Shown: positions 8,587 through 17,340 of the stretch, piece by piece
Layout of the letters: every line of letters begins with the position of its first letter
Position numbering within the stretch: the first letter of the stretch is position 1
From: an uncultured delta proteobacterium
GTDB taxonomy: Bacteria; Desulfobacterota; Desulfobaccia; Desulfobaccales; 0-14-0-80-60-11
Assembly (NCBI GenBank): GCA_963812015.1
Contig: CAWETI010000003.1
Span: 2,048,001 to 2,112,000, forward strand
Length of the DNA: 64,000 nt
Direction of reading: 5' to 3'
Made by a program: the position numbers and the translations under genes
The notes under the pieces: generated by a model
The model's input: the letters and a program-made list of their open reading frames with translations, nothing else
Told to the model about the DNA's origin: nothing
Databases searched by the model: none

Positions 8587-10680
8587 CTATTTCAGGCGCC
8601 GCACCTGCACCAGGGTATTATCAAACGCCGGGCTGCCGCCCACCGGGTCCGAGACGTTTTCCTGGAGCAGGGCGTCGGAGGCTCCTTTCAGATAGCAGCG
8701 GGTTTGGACCGGCACGGTTTTGCCAAACCCATGGAGCATGAAGACCGCTTCAGGGTGAATCATGTCCGTCACCTTGGCCTTGATTCGGGAGGCGGCCAGC
8801 GGGGAGATGACCTCCACCTCCTCACCGTCTTTGATGCCCAGGCGGCCCGCGGCCTCGCTATTGATCCACAGGAAGTTTTCCGGCACCAGCTCATTCAAGT
8901 AAATGTTGTTCTGGGTGGACATGTGGGTGTGCACCGCACTGCGGCCCACCAGGAGCTTGAAATCGCCGTTGCCGTTACCGGATCGGATTACCGGGATGTA
9001 GGGCGGGAAGGACTGAAAGCCGGCGCTCTCCAGGAGCGGGCTGACCAGCTCGAACTTTCCTGACGGGGTCTTGAACTTGATGCCTTTTTCCCGGTCCCAC
9101 AGGAGGGTCTGCTCGGTCAAGGCCACAAAGCCCTTGGCGTCGAAATCCTCGATCTTCACTTCCAGATCCCGGAGCTGGAAATTCCAGATGTCCTCAAGGG
9201 TTTCATAGGGGAAGTAGCGGCCCAGGTCCAGGCGCTGGGCCAGTTGCTTGAGGATCAGCCAGGCGGGACGGGTGTCATAGCGGGGGCTCACCGCCGGCCG
9301 GCGCATGTAGAGCTGGGGTTTTAGCCCCGGCACCAGCTGGATGGAATCGCCCCGCTCCAGGTAGATGGATTCCGGCAGGATGACGTCGGAGTACCAGGCG
9401 ATTTCACTGAAGTTGACGTCGATGGTGACGATGAGGTCGAGCTTGTCCAGGGCCTTCCGGGTGGTGGCGCTGCCGGGAATGGACTGGAGCGGCTCGAACC
9501 GGTTGATGATCAAGGCCTTGATGGGATAAGGGTCTTCATTCAAGATGGCATGGGGCAGCATCTGGGGATTGCCGTGGGAGGCGTCGGCCACGGGAAACTT
9601 TTCGAGCCCGGAGCCGTCAAAGCGCGGCGCCTTGATCTTGGGAAACTCCTGTTCCACATACTTCCGGATATCCCCCCGGCCTGCCTCCTTGGGGCCTTTC
9701 TTGAAAAAAAGCCCGCCCTTGGCTTCGATACTGCCCATCAGGGCATTGAGGATAATCAGGGAGCGCCGGAAATAGACTTCGTTGGGATGGTGCGACCCCC
9801 GGTAGCCGTAGTGGAAGACCACGGCAGGCTTGGCCGCGGCGGCTTCCCGGGCCAGGCTGACGATCTCGGCGGCCGGAATGCCCGTTTCCGCCTCGGCCCA
9901 TTCCGGGGTGTAGGGTTCGATGAAGGCCTGGAGCTCCTTAAGGCCTTTGACCCAGCGGCGGACGTAGGGGGCGTCGTGGAGCTTCTCTTTCAGGATGGTG
10001 TGGATCAGGGCGTAGTTGAGGGCCAGGTCGGTGCCGGGGCGGATCATCAGGTAACGGTCGGCCTTGGTGGCGGTAATGCTCACCCGGGGGTCGATATAGA
10101 CGAGCTTGGCCCCCTTTTCCATGGCGTTCAGCAGGTTGTTGATGCCCTTGATCTCCAGGGATTCGAAGAGGTTGCGGCCGTACATGACAATATAGCGGGT
10201 GTTGGCGTAATCCACCCCCACCTGGGCGTCGGTGTAGCCGGTGAGACTCCGGAAAGCGGTGTTCACCGAGCCTTTACACAGGGCGTCGTGGGTAAAATGG
10301 TTGGGGGAGCCGATGGCCTTCATGAAGGTCTTGCTGATGTGGGTATTCAGATTGGTGCGCTCCCCGAAGACCAGGCTCTGGGCGCCGTGCTGCTTAATGA
10401 TGTCCTTGAGTCTGTCGCCTACGTAATCCAGGGCTTCAGTCCAGGTGGCCTGGCGCCATTGTCCGGCCCCTCGGGGGCCGGTGCGGATCATGGGGTACTG
10501 GGGCCTTTCTGCGTCGTGGAGCAGGGCCAGTCCCGCGGAGCCTTTGGCGCACAGGGCCCCCTCGATGCCCGGCACGTGGGGGTTGCCTTCGATCCACTTC
10601 ACGTCGTCATTTTCCACCAGGACCCGGATGGGACAGCGCACCGTGCACATGAAGCAGATGCTGTAGACTTCTTTTGCCAT
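8587..10680 (-). CDS. Molybdopterin (bis-PGD) oxidoreductase catalytic subunit, thiosulfate/polysulfide reductase (PhsA/PsrA)-like, no Tat signal
   Basis: N-terminal CFMCTVRC...LCAKG; HDALC putative Cys Mo ligand; PGTDLAL; SDVILPE; C-terminal MGD-binding domain. Confidence 0.85.
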   Translation of the reverse strand: MAKEVYSICFMCTVRCPIRVLVENDDVKWIEGNPHVPGIEGALCAKGSAGLALLHDAERPQYPMIRTGPRGAGQWRQATWTEALDYVGDRLKDIIKQHGAQSLVFGERTNLNTHISKTFMKAIGSPNHFTHDALCKGSVNTAFRSLTGYTDAQVGVDYANTRYIVMYGRNLFESLEIKGINNLLNAMEKGAKLVYIDPRVSITATKADRYLMIRPGTDLALNYALIHTILKEKLHDAPYVRRWVKGLKELQAFIEPYTPEWAEAETGIPAAEIVSLAREAAAAKPAVVFHYGYRGSHHPNEVYFRRSLIILNALMGSIEAKGGLFFKKGPKEAGRGDIRKYVEQEFPKIKAPRFDGSGLEKFPVADASHGNPQMLPHAILNEDPYPIKALIINRFEPLQSIPGSATTRKALDKLDLIVTIDVNFSEIAWYSDVILPESIYLERGDSIQLVPGLKPQLYMRRPAVSPRYDTRPAWLILKQLAQRLDLGRYFPYETLEDIWNFQLRDLEVKIEDFDAKGFVALTEQTLLWDREKGIKFKTPSGKFELVSPLLESAGFQSFPPYIPVIRSGNGNGDFKLLVGRSAVHTHMSTQNNIYLNELVPENFLWINSEAAGRLGIKDGEEVEVISPLAASRIKAKVTDMIHPEAVFMLHGFGKTVPVQTRCYLKGASDALLQENVSDPVGGSPAFDNTLVQVRRLK

Positions 10681-10759
10681 ATCTGGACCTTCCTCTGTGT
10701 TATTCAACCTTAATTACATATTAACCTTTTATCGTTTATATATAAATAGGTTCCCATAA

Positions 10760-11377
10760 TTATCGGTCTTTGGCGACTGTGCCGACCGATATTGCAGCCG
10801 GCGAGATTCCGGGTGGTTTGGCCAAGGTTTCCACCGCCTTAACCGGACGATCGTCAACATCCGGGAGTTTTTTGGTCCCGCGGAAATACGGCAGTTTATG
10901 TTTCAGCCGCTTAAACAGGATATACGCCGGGATATACAACAGGACAAAAATCCCGATATAGCCCACGGAAAAACCGATGAACGGCAGGGGGAACGCCATC
11001 TCCAGAAAGCGGTACTGCATCCAGCCCAAGGCGAAGAAGATGGGCCAAAAAAACGTTGCCGACAGAGCTAGTTGCATGAAGAAAGACTTGCCGAAGGCCT
11101 CATTGGCCACCTTGTTAGCGGCCTCATAGGCTGGCCTATTTCCCGCCTTGAGGGCCTCCATGGACAAATCCTGATATCTCTTGGCTTCGCCGGCTACCTC
11201 CTCGAAGTTTCTCCGCACCATAAGCGAGGCCAGAAAGGAGGTGAACTCCCCCACCAGCAGGGAGAGAACCGCCAGGGCCAGGGTGCCCAGGAGAAAATTC
11301 ACCGCCGCGGAACCTGAGAGCCGGTAAAACCAGATCAGGTAAGGATCCAGCCAGAGGTAAAGGGGATGCATTTCCAT
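10760..11377 (-). CDS. Uncharacterised membrane protein (TM - helical hairpin - TM - TM)
   Basis: Three hydrophobic segments around a charged helical stretch; sits inside the operon. Confidence 0.75.
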   Translation of the reverse strand: MEMHPLYLWLDPYLIWFYRLSGSAAVNFLLGTLALAVLSLLVGEFTSFLASLMVRRNFEEVAGEAKRYQDLSMEALKAGNRPAYEAANKVANEAFGKSFFMQLALSATFFWPIFFALGWMQYRFLEMAFPLPFIGFSVGYIGIFVLLYIPAYILFKRLKHKLPYFRGTKKLPDVDDRPVKAVETLAKPPGISPAAISVGTVAKDR

Positions 11378-11443
11378 ATCTTTCGCGCCGGTAAGGAGGG
11401 GCGCCAGGGCCCGCCCCTCCGACCTTGCCTCTCGTGTTTTAGA

Positions 11444-12610
11444 TTACAAGCCTGGGAAGATGGATTTTCCCATAAACCCCTTGGTGAGATAACCGATACC
11501 GACGTAAATCGCCAGAACCACGAAGATGCGCTTCAGCCAGACCTCTGGGATCTTCTTGGAAGTTAACGGGCCAAGGACGGAGCCGATGGCGATGCCGATG
11601 AGTTCGGTGCTGATCAAGATAAAATCTACGGAAACCTGCTGGACCACCATCATGTTGAAGATGTTGACGATCATGCCCACCAGCACCGCCAGGGCCGAAG
11701 TGCCGGCCACGATGAACATGGGCAGCCCGGCCACCGAGGTCAGGAAGGGTACGTAGAGGAAGCCGCCGCCCACCCCGATGAAGGCCGAGATGCCGTTGAT
11801 GATGAACCCCCCCAGGAGGGGATAGAGGGGATTGAAGGAAAATTCCTGGCCGTAAAAGGTAAAGGCGATCTTGCTGACTCCCCAATGGGTGACCTGGACG
11901 CCGCAGGCCTGGGCCCCGGTCTCATCCACGGCGCACTTGCGGATGTGGATGTCCTCAAAGGCCTTGGCCGCGGCCTTGGCCGCTTTCTTCTTGGCCTGTC
12001 CCGCGGGGGTGGTTTCATAAAAGAGCACGAAGGCCACAGCAAAGACGATAATGCCAAAGAAACCCACATAGAGGCTGACATCCATTTTGCCCACCGTCAA
12101 CAGGGGGACTAGGTAGCCGGCCAGGATGCCGCCGACAGCCAGACACAGGCCCAAAGGCAGCACCAAACGGCCCATGCGATAGTAGGTAAAGGAAGAGATC
12201 AACGCCGACAGTCCCACCAGGTACTGGTTCGAAGTTCGGATGGAGTCGGTAAGCAGCTTATTCAGACTGGGACTAGATTTTTTAAAGGTAGCGGCATAAT
12301 CCGACAGCCCGAAGACCGAGATATGCCCCACCCCGGCCATGATGCCGCCAAAGGCGCCAACCGAAGAAAAAATCCAACCCACCCAGATGCCCCACAGGAT
12401 GTAAAACAGCCAGAAATGATGGGGCGCGCCGGGAATCCCCATGAACCCCTTGGGCATGTCGGGATGGATCATGCCGGGGCCGGTGCCCACGGGGGTCTTG
12501 GCAATGGCATCTTCCAGCTTGCCGGCCCAAGACGGTTCCACCAGGACCAGGGTGGTCACCACGGCCAGGGCGGCCAGGAAAAAGATGATGAGTACAGGTT
12601 TGTTCCGCAT
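11444..12610 (-). CDS. Sulfite exporter TauE/SafE family transporter with N-terminal signal/anchor
   Basis: GAFGGIMAG, GVGGGFLYVPFL, VAGTSAL motifs; SD caggagga upstream. Confidence 0.88.
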   Translation of the reverse strand: MRNKPVLIIFFLAALAVVTTLVLVEPSWAGKLEDAIAKTPVGTGPGMIHPDMPKGFMGIPGAPHHFWLFYILWGIWVGWIFSSVGAFGGIMAGVGHISVFGLSDYAATFKKSSPSLNKLLTDSIRTSNQYLVGLSALISSFTYYRMGRLVLPLGLCLAVGGILAGYLVPLLTVGKMDVSLYVGFFGIIVFAVAFVLFYETTPAGQAKKKAAKAAAKAFEDIHIRKCAVDETGAQACGVQVTHWGVSKIAFTFYGQEFSFNPLYPLLGGFIINGISAFIGVGGGFLYVPFLTSVAGLPMFIVAGTSALAVLVGMIVNIFNMMVVQQVSVDFILISTELIGIAIGSVLGPLTSKKIPEVWLKRIFVVLAIYVGIGYLTKGFMGKSIFPGL

Positions 12611-12743
12611 GAAATCCTCCTGCATGAAGAATATGGTCAAGTGCGCCGGCACCTGGCCGGGATAATGATTTTTACCGGCTTTTTCGCCAAGCATCGCCCT
12701 GACCCCTGGCGCGCCAAGCCTGACTTAATAGATTGCAAAGATG

Positions 12744-12760
12744 AGCAAATAGTATGCCAA
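12744..12760 (-). promoter_or_regulatory. Sigma54 -24/-12 promoter of the TauE-molybdoenzyme operon
   Basis: Minus strand TTGGCATACTATTTGCT = GG-N10-GC; divergent sigma54 activator adjacent. Confidence 0.85.
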
Positions 12761-13059
12761 CTATTGCCATTGTATTATTTACAACTTTTAATAACCTTCC
12801 AGGAAGATAATCATGCCTTCACTGATCACTGGATGCCCCCAACCCGAAGGGGGCAGACGGGAACCCCGCGCCATAACGTGCGCCGCCTCAGTCTTTTCAG
12901 GGCATATCTAAAGATTTAAGGAGGTAGTTAAGGCCCGTTCAGGCCAACTTTTTCCCGGGAACCAGAACCTTACCAAGGAGCAGCTTATAAGCGATTGATC
13001 ACATCTAGTTTGAATCATTATTTTTTTTTAAAATGCCTCAATTTTCTTGGCGGCGCAAC

Positions 13060-13111
13060 GTTAATCGTTTATGCTTAACACACGTAAGCTCGTTAACGGT
13101 TAACCCTTAAC
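13060..13111. promoter_or_regulatory. Two GTTAA-N10-TTAAC palindromes, putative upstream activator sites
   Basis: 13060-13079 and 13092-13111, 32 bp apart, about 300 bp upstream of the -24 element. Confidence 0.65.
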
Positions 13112-13223
13112 CCGGGAAACGTCTTCCCCTTCCGGGGCTGAGCCGGCCAAGATGCAGGGAGGCAGTTACCGTCCAGGCTGATTTCACCCGATCACGGGTC
13201 CATCATGCTCCAAGGAGACGATT

Positions 13224-14738
13224 TTGAAAGGAAAAGCCAATCGAGACAAGCAGGATGTTCCCGAGGCCCTGTTTGAAGAAGGCCAAGAGTACTTCTGGAA
13301 GACCGTTATTGACACCATGATGGACGGCTTGGTGCTGGTGGACGTGGAGGGGGTGATCCTGTCCGTCAACCAGGCCATGGAGCAGATTACCGGCTACAGC
13401 CGGGAGGAGCTCATCGGCCAACCCTGCACCATCCTCAAGTGCCATGCCTGCCTGGATTCGGTGGTCTTGGGCCGGCGAAAAGAATGCGAGCTGTTCCGGC
13501 GGGGGCATGTCCGGCGGCGCAAGTGCATGCTGGAAAAAAAGGACGGCACGCCCCTGCCGGTGCTGAAAAACGCCGCCATCCTCAAGGACAGCAACGGCAA
13601 GGTGGTGGCCGGGGTGGAGAACTTCACCGACCTCAGCGAGGTAGAGGCCAAGGAACGGGTCATCTCACATCTGCGCCGCTCACTCAGCCGAGAGGACAGC
13701 ACCTTCGATCCGCCGGTCCAGTCCCCGGATATGATGCAGCTGTTCATCTCCCGCCTGCGCCAGGAACTCAACAAAGAGGACGGCTTTCACGGCCTTATCG
13801 GCACCTCGCCGGTCATGCTGCAACTGTGCACCCTCATCTCCAGCGCCGCCCAATCCGAGGCCCCGGTGGTGATCTATGGGGAGTCCGGCACCGGCAAAGA
13901 ACTGGTGGCCGCGGCCATCCACCGCCTCAGTCCCCGGCACCAGGGGCCCTTCATCAAGGTGAACAGCGCCGCCCTGAATGAATCCTTACTGGAGAGCGAG
14001 CTCTTCGGCCACGTCAAAGGCGCCTTCACCGGGGCCGACCGCACCCGGGTGGGGCGCTTCGAGGCCGCCAGCGGGGGGGACATCTTCCTGGACGAGGTGG
14101 GGGACCTGCCCATGGCCACCCAGGCCAAGCTCCTCCGGGTGCTTCAGGAAAAGGTCATTGAAAAAGTGGGGGACCACGCCCCCATCCCGGTGAATGTCCG
14201 GATCATCACCGCCACCAACAAGGACCTTCACCGGCTCATGGCCCTGGGCAGGTTCCGGGAAGACCTCTACTACCGGATCGGCGTCATTCCCATTCACTTG
14301 CCGCCCTTAAGGGAACGGCGGGAGGATATCCCCCTGCTGGTCAAGGCCTTCATCTACCGGGCCCGGCGCCAGACCCGCAAACCTCTCACCGGCATCAGCG
14401 ATGAGGCCCTGGACCTGATCACCAGCCATGATTGGCCCGGCAACGTCCGGGAGCTCATCAATGTCATCGAGTACGCCTTTGTCCTGTGTAACGAAGGGGC
14501 CATTCAGCCGGAACATCTCCCGGCCACGTTTCATCAGAAGGCTGCGCCGCCGCTCCGGGAACGCCGCCTGGGCCGGTTAGGGCGGGCGACGGACGAGCGC
14601 CAGCGGCTGATCGATGCGGTTAACCAGGCCGGGGGCAAGAAGAGCGAGGCCGCCCGCCTCCTGGGCATCAGCCGGGTGACCCTGTGGAAGCTCCTCAAGG
14701 TCCACGACATCCAGGTGGACAAGATTATCCGCGGTTAA
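13224..14738 (+). CDS. PAS-domain sigma54-dependent transcriptional activator
   Basis: PAS; GESGTGKE, ELFGHVKGAFTGA, WPGNVREL; Fis HTH. Start codon uncertain (TTG). Confidence 0.93.
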   Translation: MKGKANRDKQDVPEALFEEGQEYFWKTVIDTMMDGLVLVDVEGVILSVNQAMEQITGYSREELIGQPCTILKCHACLDSVVLGRRKECELFRRGHVRRRKCMLEKKDGTPLPVLKNAAILKDSNGKVVAGVENFTDLSEVEAKERVISHLRRSLSREDSTFDPPVQSPDMMQLFISRLRQELNKEDGFHGLIGTSPVMLQLCTLISSAAQSEAPVVIYGESGTGKELVAAAIHRLSPRHQGPFIKVNSAALNESLLESELFGHVKGAFTGADRTRVGRFEAASGGDIFLDEVGDLPMATQAKLLRVLQEKVIEKVGDHAPIPVNVRIITATNKDLHRLMALGRFREDLYYRIGVIPIHLPPLRERREDIPLLVKAFIYRARRQTRKPLTGISDEALDLITSHDWPGNVRELINVIEYAFVLCNEGAIQPEHLPATFHQKAAPPLRERRLGRLGRATDERQRLIDAVNQAGGKKSEAARLLGISRVTLWKLLKVHDIQVDKIIRG

Positions 14739-14803
14739 CGCCTGGCGGGATCCGGGAGGAATTTTCATAAATCCCGCCGCGCCACTCACCTGGCGCATCA
14801 ATC

Positions 14804-14832
14804 GGCAGGGCCAATCCGGCCCTGCCTTTTTC
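14804..14832 (+). terminator. Intrinsic terminator
   Basis: ggcagggcc-aatcc-ggccctgcc stem followed by T6. Confidence 0.75.
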
Positions 14833-14870
14833 ATCCGGCCGGGCCCCCCCTGGCGCGGCCAGTCCCGAAG

Positions 14871-15578
14871 TTAAAGTTCCACCGGCTCCCTGGCTTTAGC
14901 CTTCAGCCTTTTATAGATCACCGGGACGAGACTCACGATGAGCACCAGGATCACCCCGATGATCACTCCCCGGGAAAGGTTGCCGTGGATGAGGTCCAGG
15001 AGGTTGCTGGAGAAATACACGAAGGCAATGGTGGAGGGCAGCATCGCGACGAAGGTGGCGGCCAGATACGGCCAGAATGCGATCCGGGTGAGCCCGAAAG
15101 CGTAATTCAACAGGGAGAAGGAGAAAACCGGGATGAGCCGGGTGAAGGCCACGATCTTCCAGCCATGCCGGGCCACTTTGTCATCCAGGGACATCAACCG
15201 GGTGCCGGCCAGCTTCCCGGTCACCCAGTCCCGGGCCAGGTAGCGGGCCACCAGAAAGACCAGCCCCGCGCCGAAGGTGGCGCCAAACGCCGTATAAACC
15301 ACCCCCCAAACGGGGCCGAAGAGCACCCCGCCGGCCAGGGTGATGGGAAGCCCGGGGAGGAAAAGCGGCCCCACGGTCCACACCGCCAGGTAGATCAGGG
15401 GCAGCAGGACCGGATACGCGGCGCCGAACCGGCGCAGCCGCTCCTGATCCAGGTACTGCTCCAGGTGAAAATACTGCATGGCCACCACCGCTCCGATCAA
15501 TAACAGGAAGATGAGCGGGCGGATGACGGCCGCCTTTTTCCGGCTCGCCGGAGAATTTTCCCTGTGAAGATGTGTCAT
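14871..15578 (-). CDS. TVP38/TMEM64 (VTT/DedA-like) membrane protein
   Basis: FLPGLPITLAGGVLFG, RLIPVF...NYAFGLT motifs. Confidence 0.9.
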   Translation of the reverse strand: MTHLHRENSPASRKKAAVIRPLIFLLLIGAVVAMQYFHLEQYLDQERLRRFGAAYPVLLPLIYLAVWTVGPLFLPGLPITLAGGVLFGPVWGVVYTAFGATFGAGLVFLVARYLARDWVTGKLAGTRLMSLDDKVARHGWKIVAFTRLIPVFSFSLLNYAFGLTRIAFWPYLAATFVAMLPSTIAFVYFSSNLLDLIHGNLSRGVIIGVILVLIVSLVPVIYKRLKAKAREPVEL

Positions 15579-15705
15579 GCAGCTCTCCTGAAGTTATCTT
15601 AACCCAGGCGGATCGTCAGCCCAAACGGGATACCATGCGCGGGGTCTAATGTTACTTCCCAGATATATCTTTCAAAAATATTTTCCCCATGTTTGAGAGG
15701 TTTTC

Positions 15706-15733
15706 GTGGGGGCGGTTCGCGAACCGCCCCTAC
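15706..15733. repeat. GTAG-type REP palindrome, family A copy 1
   Basis: gtgggggcggttcgcgaaccgcccctac; near-identical copies at 17284 and 30630. Confidence 0.85.
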
Positions 15734-15790
15734 AACAGCCTCCGGGAATGGAAGCCGGCAACTGCTGAAAGATACTCCCGAGACATGACA

Positions 15791-16489
15791 CTATCGCCCC
15801 GACTCCGGTTGGTTGGGACCCTGGCGCCCGAGCAACCGGCGGGCCTCCTGAAAGCTGCGCCATCCCGGCTCCGGCTCCCGGCGGGGCCGACGTAGGAAGG
15901 CCAGCAGATCGGCAGAGGTGTCGATGTCAGTCCAGGGGGGGAGTAGGTGGACCCTGAGCCCCAACTGCCGGGCCAACCGGAGGGTGTCCGTGAGGACCGT
16001 GCCGCTGGACCAGGCCGGCCCCTGGAACAAGCGGGGCTGAGGCTCACTGAGGCCCACCAGATAGTACCCGCCGTCGGGGCAAGGCCCCAGCGCCACCTCG
16101 GCCCGCCCGGCCGCCAGGACCTCTCTGGCCTCCGACACCACTGCGGCCGCCAGGTCCGGGACGTCGCTACCCCTGAGCAGTACGGGGCCAAAACCGCCGG
16201 CAAAACCCCGGGCGAAGGCCCGGGCCATGCGCTCCCCCAAATCCGCCCCCTCCTGGGAGAAGAGGTCCGCGCCTGGGAAGGCCTGGCTCCGAAAAAAGTC
16301 CCGGGACCCGGGGGGACTAAAAGCCAGGGCCAGGCGGACTACCGGCACCCGGGCCATTTCTTCCAGGATATCCTGAAGAAAACTGTGATACAGTTGCGCG
16401 ACCTCCTCCGGGGAGAGCGGCGGGCTGAGACGGGTTTTCACCCGCCCCGGGCGGGGTTCCTTGGCAAAAATGATGAGCAGGGCGGTCAT
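15791..16489 (-). CDS. TIGR04282/DUF2064-type (CofC-like) arsenosugar-cluster transferase
   Basis: IFAKEPRPGRVKTRL, QEGADLGERM, GSDVPDL, LGPCPDGGYYLVG, DIDT; start placed at MTALLIIF. Confidence 0.88.
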   Translation of the reverse strand: MTALLIIFAKEPRPGRVKTRLSPPLSPEEVAQLYHSFLQDILEEMARVPVVRLALAFSPPGSRDFFRSQAFPGADLFSQEGADLGERMARAFARGFAGGFGPVLLRGSDVPDLAAAVVSEAREVLAAGRAEVALGPCPDGGYYLVGLSEPQPRLFQGPAWSSGTVLTDTLRLARQLGLRVHLLPPWTDIDTSADLLAFLRRPRREPEPGWRSFQEARRLLGRQGPNQPESGR

Positions 16490-16492
16490 ACG

Positions 16493-17206
16493 GTGCGCGA
16501 CACCAAACGGAAGCCGGACATAAGCATCATCCTGCCGATTCTCAATGAGGCCCCCATTCTGGCCGAGACCCTGTCCGGCCTGCCCCGGTCTCCCGACCTG
16601 GAAATTATCCTGGTGGACGGCGACAGCACCGACGCCACCCGGGAAGTGGCGGCCGGCTTCCCTCACGTTCGCTGGCTTATCGCTCCCCGGGGCCGGGGGG
16701 CCCAAATGAACGCCGGGGCCCGGATGGCCCGGGGAGACCTTTTCGTATTTCTGCACATCGACACCGTTCTGACCCCGGACCATGTAGCCGCTCTGCGCCG
16801 GGCCGCCGCCGACCCCGCAGTCGGCGCCGGAGCCTTTGCCCTTCGCCTGACGCCGCCAACCCCCTTCCTCAAGTTTATCGCCTGGGGGGCAAACTGGCGC
16901 TGCCGCCTCTTGCGCCTGCCCTATGGGGACCAAGCCATTTTCGTGCGCCGGGACCTGTTCTTCGCCCTGGGCGGTTTTGCCCACCGCCGCCCAGAAGACC
17001 TGGACCTGGTGATCCGGCTACGACGGCTCACCCGGCTCCGCCTCTTGAGGCCGCCGGTTTCGAGCTCCGGGCGCCAATGGCTGCAACAGGGCAACCTCCG
17101 GACCTCTGGCTCCCACTGGGTCTTCCTGATCCACCACCTGGCCGAACGCCTCCTCACCCGCCGCTGGCCCGTGATGGGTGAGTTGTGTGTTGGGGGAAGG
17201 GGCTAA
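16493..17206 (+). CDS. TIGR04283-type GT2 glycosyltransferase (arsenosugar cluster)
   Basis: ISIILPILNEA, VDGDSTD, GRGAQMNAGA, FLHIDT, LPYGDQAIF; GTG start inferred. Confidence 0.88.
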   Translation: MRDTKRKPDISIILPILNEAPILAETLSGLPRSPDLEIILVDGDSTDATREVAAGFPHVRWLIAPRGRGAQMNAGARMARGDLFVFLHIDTVLTPDHVAALRRAAADPAVGAGAFALRLTPPTPFLKFIAWGANWRCRLLRLPYGDQAIFVRRDLFFALGGFAHRRPEDLDLVIRLRRLTRLRLLRPPVSSSGRQWLQQGNLRTSGSHWVFLIHHLAERLLTRRWPVMGELCVGGRG

Positions 17207-17311
17207 GGCCTTTTCGTAAGTGGCCCCTACCCCTTCCCCCAAACCCCCTTCCGCAACCCCTTACAGGGGGCTGGGAGGGGGGTGTAGGGGCGGTTCGCGA
17301 ACCGCCCCTAC
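17188..17311. repeat. Composite repeat: family B (17188-17263) plus GTAG REP (17284-17311)
   Basis: Matches 1031-1103 in reverse complement; perfect palindrome gtaggggcggttcgcgaaccgcccctac. Confidence 0.85.
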
Positions 17312-17340
17312 GTCCCCGGCCCCGCAATTTTCTACTTCCT

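Noticed and set aside
4344..10713. Long plus-strand ORFs (492, 463, 387 aa and others) opposite the oxidoreductase genes
   Set aside because: Antisense shadows of GC-rich coding genes with no motifs; same for similar ORFs across the window
10700..10759. ModE-like box (atcgtttatata) upstream of the Mo enzyme
   Set aside because: Only a partial half-site in AT-rich spacer; second half absent
15947..16984. Extended 397-aa and 419-aa overlapping versions of the two transferases
   Set aside because: Extensions are antisense read-through of each other; family motifs begin at 16489 and 16493
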